Notes under the pieces: model-generated
The model's database searches: none
What the model was told of the DNA's origin: nothing
What the model saw: only the letters and a program-made list of their open reading frames with translations
Shown: piece by piece, positions 34,687 through 42,729 of the stretch
How positions within the stretch are numbered: position 1 is the stretch's first letter
How the letters are laid out: each line of letters begins with the position of its first letter
Assembly (NCBI GenBank): GCA_044369995.1
Contig: JBILWG010000003.1
Coordinates: forward strand, 1 to 42,729
Origin: Gaiellales bacterium
GTDB lineage: Bacteria > Actinomycetota > Thermoleophilia > Gaiellales > F1-60-MAGs149
Reading direction: 5' to 3'
DNA: 42,729 nt
Made by a program: the position numbers and the translations under genes

Positions 34687-36171
34687 ACCGCGGCGGCCCA
34701 GTGCCGACGTCGCGCCGCTGATCGTCCAGATCGGATCGAGCGCTTCCACGTCTGCTGCCTTCTGGCCCTCGATCGTGATCGCGCCCCCCGACCGGGAGGC
34801 CCGACGCGACATGCTGATCGCATCGAGCACGACGATCGTGCCGCCCCGGGCGTGGAAGCGCCGCAGCGCGGCGTACAGCCCGTCGGTCCAGACGGGCGCC
34901 GAGGAGATGATCACCACCTTCGTGGCGGCGGGAACGCCGCGGTCCTCGATCGCCCGGTCCGTGATCGCGCCGACGCGTCGGCGCGTGCTGGCGCGCGCCT
35001 CCGCGGCGACATGGCCGAGCGCGGCGAGCTGCGTCTCGCTACCGGCCGGGAGCGGCCGATCGAGCCCGAGCGGAGCGGGCGGTACGTCCGGAAAGCCGGA
35101 CAGGTCCGCGTCGGCGGGATTCGTCGCCTGCCAGGAGTAGAGCGGCTCCATCACGAGCACGGGGGCGCCACCCGGGATCGCATTCGGCGTCCAGGCCTTC
35201 CAGCCGCCACCGCTGATCTGGATGACGTAGAAGCCGGCGGGCGCGGAGGGCAGCTTGACGGCTCCGGGCGCCCCCTTGGCACGGGCGATGGTGATGCCGG
35301 GGAAGACCCGCCCGGGGCGCTGTCGGACGAGGGTGACCTCGGCGAGCAGCGTCTCCGGCTCGAGCGACTGCGTGAGAGCCACCGTGTCCACGCCGACGAC
35401 CTGCGCCGGCGCCAGTTCGTTCGGCTTCACCACGCTCGGAGCGGTCACGAGATTGCCACCGCGGTCCTCGGCCTTCCAGCCGACGATGTACGTGCCGGGG
35501 CCGACGAACGGACCGACCTTGTCGAGCGGCAGGTTGCCCGTGTCGGCCGACCAGTGCATGTCCTTGCGGCGCTGGAAGCGCAGGTCCGTCTCCCGCCGCA
35601 GCAGACGCGCGGCCCCGTTCGGCTGGATCTGGCGGACGTCGAGGCGAAACTTGACCGGCTCGTCGGCGCTGAGGGTGAACGCGTAGGTGCCGGCGGCACC
35701 GTCGAGGCCGGGCGCGATGCGCTGGCCGGGCTTGGCATCCGACTCGACGGTCGGTGCGGTCGCGTCGAGGATGATGGGGTCGGGAATGCGGATCGTCCGC
35801 TGCTGTCGCGCCAGGCGGATCGCGAAGCGGTACGGGCCGTCGGGAGCGAGCTGTCCGTTCGGCAGGCGGCCGTTCCACGTGGCGCGGATCCGCCGCCCTG
35901 TCTGCCGTGTCTCGGCGCGGGCGATCTCCTGATCATCCGTGTCGAAGATCACCACGGTGGCGCGGTCGGCCTTGCGCAGCCCGACGGTGAGCGTCGTGAC
36001 GCGCCGTTGGGGGCGAAAGGCGTTGGGCGAGAACGTCGGACTCGAGACGGTCGGGGCGATGATCGGCGACGGGGCGCTCTTCAGCACCTGCGCGCGGAAG
36101 AAGACGACGGCTGCGCCCGCGACGAGCCCGAGCATCAACAGCGCCGCGACGATCCTCAGAGAGCGCTCCAC
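34681..36171 (-). CDS. Exported protein with FlgD-type Ig-like domains
   Basis: N-terminal TM; FSPN, TWNGR..NG.LAPDG.Y, ILDATAP and GTY...A.DRGGN motifs. C-terminal P..SWQA.N.D.D.SG.PD weakly recalls dimethylformamidase-beta-like domains. TAGGAT lies 7 nt before the GTG. Confidence 0.65.
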   Translation of the reverse strand: MERSLRIVAALLMLGLVAGAAVVFFRAQVLKSAPSPIIAPTVSSPTFSPNAFRPQRRVTTLTVGLRKADRATVVIFDTDDQEIARAETRQTGRRIRATWNGRLPNGQLAPDGPYRFAIRLARQQRTIRIPDPIILDATAPTVESDAKPGQRIAPGLDGAAGTYAFTLSADEPVKFRLDVRQIQPNGAARLLRRETDLRFQRRKDMHWSADTGNLPLDKVGPFVGPGTYIVGWKAEDRGGNLVTAPSVVKPNELAPAQVVGVDTVALTQSLEPETLLAEVTLVRQRPGRVFPGITIARAKGAPGAVKLPSAPAGFYVIQISGGGWKAWTPNAIPGGAPVLVMEPLYSWQATNPADADLSGFPDVPPAPLGLDRPLPAGSETQLAALGHVAAEARASTRRRVGAITDRAIEDRGVPAATKVVIISSAPVWTDGLYAALRRFHARGGTIVVLDAISMSRRASRSGGAITIEGQKAADVEALDPIWTISGATSALGRRGR

Positions 36172-36181
36172 GGAGCCAATC

Positions 36182-36661
36182 CTAGAGGGGATCCTCGACG
36201 TCGGCCGACGCCTCACCCGCCGCCTCGAGGAGCTTGCGCGCCGCGTCTCGGAGCCCCCGGAGGACCGCCAGCGCCTCCGGCCACGCCGCATCGGGGACGA
36301 TCACGTGGTCGCGCGAGGCGGTGCCGACGAGGACGATCGGCACGTTGCGCTCGGCGAGCGCTCCGGCCAGCGTCGAGGCGAAGCCGACGAGGCCGGCTGG
36401 CAGCTCCGCGACGAGCAGGATCACGCGCAGCCCATCCTGGCGCGTGTCGGCCGGCGGCAGGTCGCCGGCGAGCAACGTACGCAGGATGAACGTCGTCTCC
36501 AGGGGATCGTCGATCCGCGCGCCGAAGCCCTCGGCGAGCAGGGCCTCGGGCGATGGTGGTGCCGAGCCGCGACCGTACCCGAGCAGGGAGAACTCGTGCT
36601 CGAGGAGCATCGGATCGAGCGAGGCGAGCGCTTCGACCAGCAGGGGTGCGTCGTGCTCCAC
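36182..36661 (-). CDS. ACT domain protein (CASTOR/ACT_7-like)
   Basis: GLVGF...A.ALAE.NVPI..V....RDHVIVP motif. TAGGCT lies 7 nt before the GTG. Confidence 0.7.
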   Translation of the reverse strand: MEHDAPLLVEALASLDPMLLEHEFSLLGYGRGSAPPSPEALLAEGFGARIDDPLETTFILRTLLAGDLPPADTRQDGLRVILLVAELPAGLVGFASTLAGALAERNVPIVLVGTASRDHVIVPDAAWPEALAVLRGLRDAARKLLEAAGEASADVEDPL

Positions 36662-36678
36662 AGCCCGCAGCCTACTGC

Positions 36679-37749
36679 CTACGGCAGGGTGGGCAGGCGC
36701 TCGGGCCGCAGCACATCCAGGTAGCGCAAACTGCGGAACGCCACCTCGGCGTCGCCGCGCGTCGGCTGGCCCACGCCGCGCGTCACGAGCCGGCGGAGCA
36801 CCGGCTCGGGCAGGTACCGGTAGAGGCGCTGGATGCGGTTGAGCTTCGCGTAGCCGCCGAGGTGCTCCTCGTGCAGGGCGCGGTAGCGGGCGCGTGCCTC
36901 GACGGGCGTCAGCGTGCCGACCAGCGCCGCATTGACGAGACGTCCGGCACCTGCCCCGAAGAACACGGCGGGACGAATGCCCTCGAGCGTGACCGGGAGC
37001 GCGTGCCCTGCACTGTCGCCGGCGAAGAGCACGCTGCCGTCGACGGGAGTGCGTGGCACGCAGGCGATCGCGCCGCCGTGGTGCTCGCGGCCGGGGCCGA
37101 GGTCATCGCGCGCCCGCAGCTTCGTCATCGCCGGCTGGAGCGGCTCCTTGATGAAGGAGCCGACACCGGCGCGCACGTGATCTCCCGCCGCGAACGACCA
37201 GCCGTACCCGGAGCGGAGGAGCGACTTCTCGAGGTAGAACCCGAAGCCGTCGGCCTGCGGCGCCAGTGCCGTCGGCACGTGGTCCTCCGTGCCGATCACG
37301 AGGCGCGGATCGCGGCCCTCGGTGGCGCCGCTCGCGTCGAGGACGCGACGCCAGCCCGAGGCGTCGATCACCCAGTCGGCCGTCAGTCGCTCGCCGTCGG
37401 CTCCCAGCACGACGTCACCATCGCGGCCGATCACGCGCACGCGTTCGAAGCGGGCATCGCTCTGGGCGGCGAGGAGCAGGCAGGCACGCTCGTAATCGAT
37501 CACGCCGAACTCCTCGGGCAGTCGCACGTCCCAGCGCTCACGGCCGACGCTGATGTGCATCAGCGAGTCGGCGAAGAGGATCGCGTCCTCGATGCCGAGC
37601 CACTCGGCAATGCGCACGGGCAGAGCGCAGGCCGACGTCTGGTGCGCGCCGAGCGGCGAGCGATCCAGGATCAGCACGTCACGCCCGCGCAGCTCACGCG
37701 CCGCGGTCAGCCCCGCGAAGGACCCGCCGACAATCAGAACCTCGGTCAT
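36679..37749 (-). CDS. FAD-dependent oxidoreductase, geranylgeranyl reductase-like
   Basis: VLIVGGSFAG, VIDASG, GYGWSF and FAGDSAG...P.T.EGI motifs. Confidence 0.8.
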   Translation of the reverse strand: MTEVLIVGGSFAGLTAARELRGRDVLILDRSPLGAHQTSACALPVRIAEWLGIEDAILFADSLMHISVGRERWDVRLPEEFGVIDYERACLLLAAQSDARFERVRVIGRDGDVVLGADGERLTADWVIDASGWRRVLDASGATEGRDPRLVIGTEDHVPTALAPQADGFGFYLEKSLLRSGYGWSFAAGDHVRAGVGSFIKEPLQPAMTKLRARDDLGPGREHHGGAIACVPRTPVDGSVLFAGDSAGHALPVTLEGIRPAVFFGAGAGRLVNAALVGTLTPVEARARYRALHEEHLGGYAKLNRIQRLYRYLPEPVLRRLVTRGVGQPTRGDAEVAFRSLRYLDVLRPERLPTLP

Positions 37750-38928
37750 CTACGCAACGGTACGCGCTGCCGCCGCGCCGGCGCGGCGACCGAATACGCA
37801 GACGTCGAGCAGGGAATTGCCCATCATGCGGTTGCGTCCGTGGACACCGCCGGTGATCTCACCCGCAGCCCAGATGCCGGGTACGGTGGTCGCGCCGTCG
37901 GCGTCGATCACGAGGCCGCCGTTCTGGTAGTGGAGCACCGGATAGACGGGGAGCAGCTCGGTGAGCGGGTCGAGGCCGGCCTTGCGGAAGCGGCGCAGGG
38001 TGTACGGAAACGACGTCTCGGCGTCGGCCGGATCGACGCCGGTGCAGTCGAGGTGCACGGCGGGGCGCCCGTCACCGACGGTGAGGCCACGGCCTTCCTC
38101 GCACTCGCGGATGATCGCCTCGGCGACGACGTCACGCGGCGCGAGCTCGTCGACGAACTGCTCGCCGTGGGCGTTGAGCAGGCGGGCCCCGTAGGCGCGC
38201 GTGGTCTCCGGCACGGCGTAGCCGGCGAGCGACTCCGGCCAGGCGGCGCCGGTCGGGTGACGCTGGAGCGAGTCGTGGTCGCGCTCGGCGCAGCCGGCCG
38301 CGACGGCCAGCGCTGCGACCTCGCCCGTGGCGCCGTCGCCGTTGGTCGACAGCTCGCCGAGCTCGGCGGCGACGCGCTTGCACCGCCCCCCAGCCGCCAG
38401 CACGATGCCGGCTGGCTCGACGACGATGCGCTCGCCACGGCGGTCGAGCACCGCGTGTCCCGGTGCCAGCTCGACCAGCGGCGCATGGTCGAGCACGGTG
38501 ATGCCGCGCTCGGTGACGGCCGCGCGAAGCGCGGTGGCGATGGCAAGGCCGGTCTGATCGCCGACCTGCAGCAGGCGCCTGCGCGTCGCCCCGCCGCAGC
38601 GCGCCACGCGCAGCGCGCCGTCGGCCTCGCGCGTGAAGCCGACGCCGAGCTCCGCCAGCCAGTGGACGGTGGCAGGGCCCTCCTCCGCGAGCACCCGGGC
38701 AAGCACCGGATCCGCGGTGTCGTGCGAGGACCGCATGAGATCCGCGAAGTGCGTCTCGACCGAGTCGTCATCGCCGACGGCGGCCTGGATACCGCCCTGC
38801 GCCTTGGCGGTGTTGCACGACGCGACGCCGAGCTTCGTCGCGATCGTCACCGCAGCGCCCGCGTCATGCGCGGCGATCGCAGCAGCAAGTCCGGCTCCGC
38901 CCGAGCCGATCACGAGGACGTCGGCCAT
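37750..38928 (-). CDS. Fumarate reductase / L-aspartate oxidase family flavoprotein without the C-terminal helical domain
   Basis: DVLVIGSGGAG, AQGGI, Q.HPTG, ELAPRDVV, LHYQNGG and AGE..GGVHGRNRMMGNSL motifs; 392 aa. Confidence 0.85.
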   Translation of the reverse strand: MADVLVIGSGGAGLAAAIAAHDAGAAVTIATKLGVASCNTAKAQGGIQAAVGDDDSVETHFADLMRSSHDTADPVLARVLAEEGPATVHWLAELGVGFTREADGALRVARCGGATRRRLLQVGDQTGLAIATALRAAVTERGITVLDHAPLVELAPGHAVLDRRGERIVVEPAGIVLAAGGRCKRVAAELGELSTNGDGATGEVAALAVAAGCAERDHDSLQRHPTGAAWPESLAGYAVPETTRAYGARLLNAHGEQFVDELAPRDVVAEAIIRECEEGRGLTVGDGRPAVHLDCTGVDPADAETSFPYTLRRFRKAGLDPLTELLPVYPVLHYQNGGLVIDADGATTVPGIWAAGEITGGVHGRNRMMGNSLLDVCVFGRRAGAAAARTVA

Positions 38929-38939
38929 CGCCGCCCAGA

Positions 38940-39710
38940 CTAGCCGTCGAGGCCGAGGAGCAGCGACAGCGTGTCGCTTCTCAGGCCGCGCCGCAGCGTC
39001 TCGAGCGGGATCACCTCGTCCGGCGGGATGTTGCCGAGGTTCACGTCGGGCCCGAGGTGCTTGATGAACCACGCCTGCTGGGCCTTCTGCGGCGCCTCGA
39101 AGAGCAGGTTGGAGACATCGATCTCGTGGGCGATCTCGTCGATCAGGCCGCTGCGGACCTCACCAGAGGTGCGGAAGATGCCGGCCGTGCCGGACTCACG
39201 TGCCTCGGTGATGACCTTCCAGGAGCCCGCGGCGAGCTCCTCCTTGATCCACTCGACCCACTGGTACGGCGCGAAGATCTCCTCGGCATCCTTGGAGCCG
39301 ACCTCGCTGAGCACCTGGAAGTCCTTCGCGAAGAGCTCGATCAGCTCGAGCTTGCGCTCGCGTGACATGTCGATGGTGCCGTCGGAGATCTCGACGCTGG
39401 TGAAGCCCTGGTCGCTGAGCCACTGGCGGTAGCCCTCGATGCGTCCGCGCGCCTCGGCCACCTCGAGCAGCGTGCCGCCGCAGACCACGGGAATGTCGAG
39501 CGACCGGTAGAGGTCGAGCTTCTCGCGCAGCTTGCCCGTCACGTACGACGTACCCCAGCCGAGCTTCACGATGTCGATGTAGTCCCCGCTCATCTCGATC
39601 ATCGAGCGGATGGCGTCGAGCCCGAGGCCCTTGTCCATCACGTGGGTCATGCCGATCGTGCGGGGCTTGGCGACGCGGGCCGGAAGGCCGAGGAACTCAG
39701 CGGAATCCAT
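38940..39710 (-). CDS. comA: Phosphosulfolactate synthase
   Basis: KPR..G.T.VMDKG, IDIVKLGWGTS, GGTLLE, EISDG, SEVGSK, EARESG, FEAP.K.QQ and GP.VNLGNI...LETLR.GLR.DT motifs. Confidence 0.95.
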   Translation of the reverse strand: MDSAEFLGLPARVAKPRTIGMTHVMDKGLGLDAIRSMIEMSGDYIDIVKLGWGTSYVTGKLREKLDLYRSLDIPVVCGGTLLEVAEARGRIEGYRQWLSDQGFTSVEISDGTIDMSRERKLELIELFAKDFQVLSEVGSKDAEEIFAPYQWVEWIKEELAAGSWKVITEARESGTAGIFRTSGEVRSGLIDEIAHEIDVSNLLFEAPQKAQQAWFIKHLGPDVNLGNIPPDEVIPLETLRRGLRSDTLSLLLGLDG

Positions 39711-39744
39711 AAGCGAATCCTATCAGCGACATTTGGAATGCGAT

Positions 39745-41082
39745 TCAGGCGCGGGGCAGGTGGATGATCACGCGGCACCCACCCGTCGGGGCGTCCGCAA
39801 TCTCCACAGTTCCCCCATGGGCGGCGATGTCCTGCCGGACGATCGCCAGCCCGAGACCCGATCCCGGGCGATCCTGCACGCCGACGCCCCGCCGGAAGCG
39901 CTCGAACATCGCCTCGCGCTGCTCGCGGGGAATGCCGCCGCCGGCATCGTCGACCACCACCTCGCCTGGGCGGACGCGGACGGTCACCGGCCCAGCGCCG
40001 TGCAGCAACGCGTTTTCGATCACGTTGCCGAGCGCGCGCTCGAGCCGCAGCGGATCCCCGATCATCGGCGCTGCCTCCGTGTCGAGGTCGATCACCGCCG
40101 CCGGGCGTCGGGAACGCGCACGCGCCACGACATCAGCAGCGAGATCGTCGAGCCGCAGCGGCTCCGATTGCTCGACGGGTCGTGCGCCCCGTGCCAGATC
40201 GACGATGCTCGTGATCATGTGCGAGACCTCGTCGATCTGCTGATCCAGCGCCTGCGCGATCTGGGCGCGATCGTCCGCGGACAGGTTGCTGGCCGGATTG
40301 CCGAGCGTCTCGACGTCGGCGCGGAGTGCCGTCAGCGGCGTCCGCAGCTCGTGGGCGGCATCCGCGACGAGCTGATCCTGCGCGGCCCGCGACTCCTCGA
40401 GGCCGGCCAGGAGCTGGTTGACGGCGCCGGCCACGGCCGCCGACTCGGCGCCGCCCTCCTCGGGCACGCGGTGGGAGAGATCGTGGTCGCGCGCGGCAGA
40501 CTCGACGTCATGCGCCAGACGGCGGAAGGGCACGAGGCCGCGATCGGCCACGATGACGCCCAGCAGGGTCGCCAGCAGCATGCCGCCCAGACCCGCCAGC
40601 AGCAGGATGCTGCGCAGCTCGTCGAGCGAGTTGCGGATGTCGTCGATCGAGCGCCCGACCTGCAGCGCGAGACCGGGATTGAGGCCCACCGTCAGCGTCC
40701 GCACGGGAATGCGGTCGACGCGGACGGTGTCGAACTCGGAGCCGCCGTCTCTCGCGATGCGGTCGGCATGATGCGACGTCGGCAGCCCGGTCTCGCCCGG
40801 GGGGAGGCGCACGATGTCGCCCTGGGCGTCGATCAGCTGCGTGAAGATGCCGGGGCCGCCGAAGCGACCGTTGCTGTTGCCGCCGAAGGTGCCGCCATCA
40901 CGGCGATCCCCGTCCGGGCGGAGCGCCACACGCGCCTCGCGCAGCGCGGCCGCCCGCAGCTGGTCGTCGACCTCGTTGTAGAGCGAGCGCTCGACGGCCT
41001 TGTACGTGACGACGCCGCCGATGCCGAAGGCGATGATGACCGCGAGCGCCGAGGCGAGCGCGATGCGGACGCGCAGGCTCAC
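39745..41082 (-). CDS. HAMP sensor histidine kinase (MprB-like)
   Basis: Two TM helices; HAMP; DAAHELRTPLT, NA..HG, D.GGGI, F.RF.R and GSGLGLAIV motifs. Confidence 0.92.
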   Translation of the reverse strand: MSLRVRIALASALAVIIAFGIGGVVTYKAVERSLYNEVDDQLRAAALREARVALRPDGDRRDGGTFGGNSNGRFGGPGIFTQLIDAQGDIVRLPPGETGLPTSHHADRIARDGGSEFDTVRVDRIPVRTLTVGLNPGLALQVGRSIDDIRNSLDELRSILLLAGLGGMLLATLLGVIVADRGLVPFRRLAHDVESAARDHDLSHRVPEEGGAESAAVAGAVNQLLAGLEESRAAQDQLVADAAHELRTPLTALRADVETLGNPASNLSADDRAQIAQALDQQIDEVSHMITSIVDLARGARPVEQSEPLRLDDLAADVVARARSRRPAAVIDLDTEAAPMIGDPLRLERALGNVIENALLHGAGPVTVRVRPGEVVVDDAGGGIPREQREAMFERFRRGVGVQDRPGSGLGLAIVRQDIAAHGGTVEIADAPTGGCRVIIHLPRA

Positions 41083-41759
41083 GCCTTCGCCCGCAGCACG
41101 TAGCCGACGCCGCGTACCGTCTCGATCAGGCGCGGCCGGTCGCCGTCCTCGAGCTTGCGGCGCAGGTAGCCGACGTAGACCTCCACGCCGTTCGAGGAGG
41201 TCTGCGCGTCCATGCCCCAGACGCGATCGAGAATCACCTCGCGCGTCAGCACCCGTTCGGGGTTGCGGAGGAAGAGCTCGAGCAGGAGACGCTCGGTGCG
41301 GGTCAGGTCGAGCGGTTCGCCATCGCGGCTGACGGTGTGCGCTGCGAGATCGAGGCGAATCCCCGCGACGTCGAGCATCTCGTCGGGCAGGCCGGGGTCG
41401 GCGAGCGAGCGACGCGAGATGGCACGGAGGCGGGCGTCGAGCTCGACCGTGGCAAAGGGCTTCACGAGGTAGTCATCGGCGCCGGCGTCCAGCCCCTCGA
41501 CGCGATCCGCGACGGCGTCACGGGCCGTCAGCATCAGGATGGGCGTCCGCAGACCCGTCTCGCGCAGCGTCCGGCAGACGTCGAAGCCCGAGCCGTCTGG
41601 CAGGTTCACGTCCAGGACGATCGCATCGATCGCGTCGGTCGCGGCCATGCGCCCTTCGGCGGCCGTGGTCGCCTCGACGATCTCGTGACCGCGCGCGGTC
41701 AGCGCGCGGCGGATCGCGGAGCGAACGGCTTCGTTGTCTTCGACGATGAGGATGCGCAT
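41079..41759 (-). CDS. OmpR-family response regulator (MprA-like)
   Basis: MRILIVED, LDVNLP, MLTARDAV.DRV.GLDAGADDYLVKPF, LTRTE..LLE and VEVYVGYLRRK..TVRGVGY motifs. Confidence 0.93.
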   Translation of the reverse strand: MRILIVEDNEAVRSAIRRALTARGHEIVEATTAAEGRMAATDAIDAIVLDVNLPDGSGFDVCRTLRETGLRTPILMLTARDAVADRVEGLDAGADDYLVKPFATVELDARLRAISRRSLADPGLPDEMLDVAGIRLDLAAHTVSRDGEPLDLTRTERLLLELFLRNPERVLTREVILDRVWGMDAQTSSNGVEVYVGYLRRKLEDGDRPRLIETVRGVGYVLRAKA

Positions 41760-41814
41760 GGTGGTGGAGCGATCGGCTCCGCACGAGTATGGCGCGCGGA
41801 GCCGACCTGCGGGG

Positions 41815-42729
41815 TCAGGCGCGCTCGTCGCCGAGCGTCTGCGAATCGAACCGGCTGGTCTGGGACGAGGCGTCGCTGCCGGGCTCTGCGTCGCCCAGGT
41901 GATCGCTCCCGTTCCGGTGGTGACCGCCGTCCATGTCCTGGCCGTGGTGGCCACCGCCCTTGCCGTGATGGCCACCGTCCAGACCGGGGCCGCCGAGCCC
42001 GATCGGCACGCCGGCTGCCATCAGCGCGGTCACCTGATCGGCCTGGCCCTGCGTCATCGTGCCGTCCTCGACCAGCTGGTCGAGGCGGTGCGCGTCCCGC
42101 GCGGCGTGGATGGCGGTCTCGGCCTCCGCGGTCTTGCCGGCCGCGATCAGCGCGTTCAGCTCGGCGGCCTGCTGCGCCGTGATGGCGCCGCGCTCCTGCA
42201 GCTTCTCGACGTGCTGCTGCTGGTGCTCGGCACTCTCGCGGTGCTGACGCTCCGCGCCATCGCCGTGGTGCGATCCCTTGAGGCCGATCGGCACGCCCGC
42301 CTTGACGAGCGCGGACACCTCGTCGGCCTGAGCCTGTGTGATGGCGCCGGCCTTGACGAGGGCCGTCAGCTGCTGCGCGGTCAGCGCCGCGCGGAGCTCC
42401 TTGAGCGCGCCGTCGAGGTCGCCGCTCTCGACCTTCGCCGTGATCGCCGTGGCCTGCGCTGCGGTGAGTGCTCCGTCCTCCTGCAGCTCCGCCACCCGCT
42501 GGATCAGGCGATCGCCCTGCATCGCCTGCAGTGCCGCATCGACCCTCGCCTGAGGCACGCCGAGCTTTTCCTCGAGCTCGCGCTCGAACTGCTCGTGGCG
42601 ATCGCCGCGATCGCGATCGTCGTCCTTGATGGTCTGGGCCACCACGGGCGCGGTGAGCGCACCGAGGCCGATCACCGCCGCGGCCCCGCCGATGATCGCG
42701 ATCTTCCGGTTGCGGGTGAGGCGCGGCGG
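41815..42729 (-). CDS. Secreted helical repeat protein with His/Gly-rich linkers (5'-partial)
   Basis: Frame is open to the window end (..RLTRNRKIAIIGGAAAVIGLGALTAPVVA signal). Four L...G.(L/I/M)T..QA motifs are arranged as two ~90-aa repeats, each ending GVPIGL. Confidence 0.7.
   Translation of the reverse strand, partial: PPRLTRNRKIAIIGGAAAVIGLGALTAPVVAQTIKDDDRDRGDRHEQFERELEEKLGVPQARVDAALQAMQGDRLIQRVAELQEDGALTAAQATAITAKVESGDLDGALKELRAALTAQQLTALVKAGAITQAQADEVSALVKAGVPIGLKGSHHGDGAERQHRESAEHQQQHVEKLQERGAITAQQAAELNALIAAGKTAEAETAIHAARDAHRLDQLVEDGTMTQGQADQVTALMAAGVPIGLGGPGLDGGHHGKGGGHHGQDMDGGHHRNGSDHLGDAEPGSDASSQTSRFDSQTLGDERA

Overview
High-GC (about 70% by eye) actinobacterial chromosome, probably class Thermoleophilia (Gaiellales/Solirubrobacterales-like; inferred from gene content and protein style). 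In order: a suf Fe-S operon split by about 8.9 kb of other genes (atypical ureohydrolase, secreted beta-propeller/FN3 protein, lower-GC vapBC pair, divergent HisD paralog, secreted protease with two complete subtilisin domains); sufS-sufU; a PucR regulator; a GT-C-like membrane protein; dcd; a stand-alone pseudokinase; the cell-wall signalling cluster kinase-fhaA-fhaB-pstP-rodA-pbpA-pknB-ddl; HNH/pdtaS/pdtaR(ANTAR)/clpS; a small glycan locus; comA with two flavoproteins; and an MprAB-like two-component system. The most notable unexplained feature is a roughly 200-nt minus-strand RNA (about 14385 to 14185). It has its own promoter and intrinsic terminator, a perfect Shine-Dalgarno before a 13-codon ORF, and a long stem capped by a three-hairpin cloverleaf. 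Leaderless TANNNT promoters are pervasive. I saw no tRNA, rRNA, CRISPR array or transposase. All family assignments come from motif recognition, not database searches.
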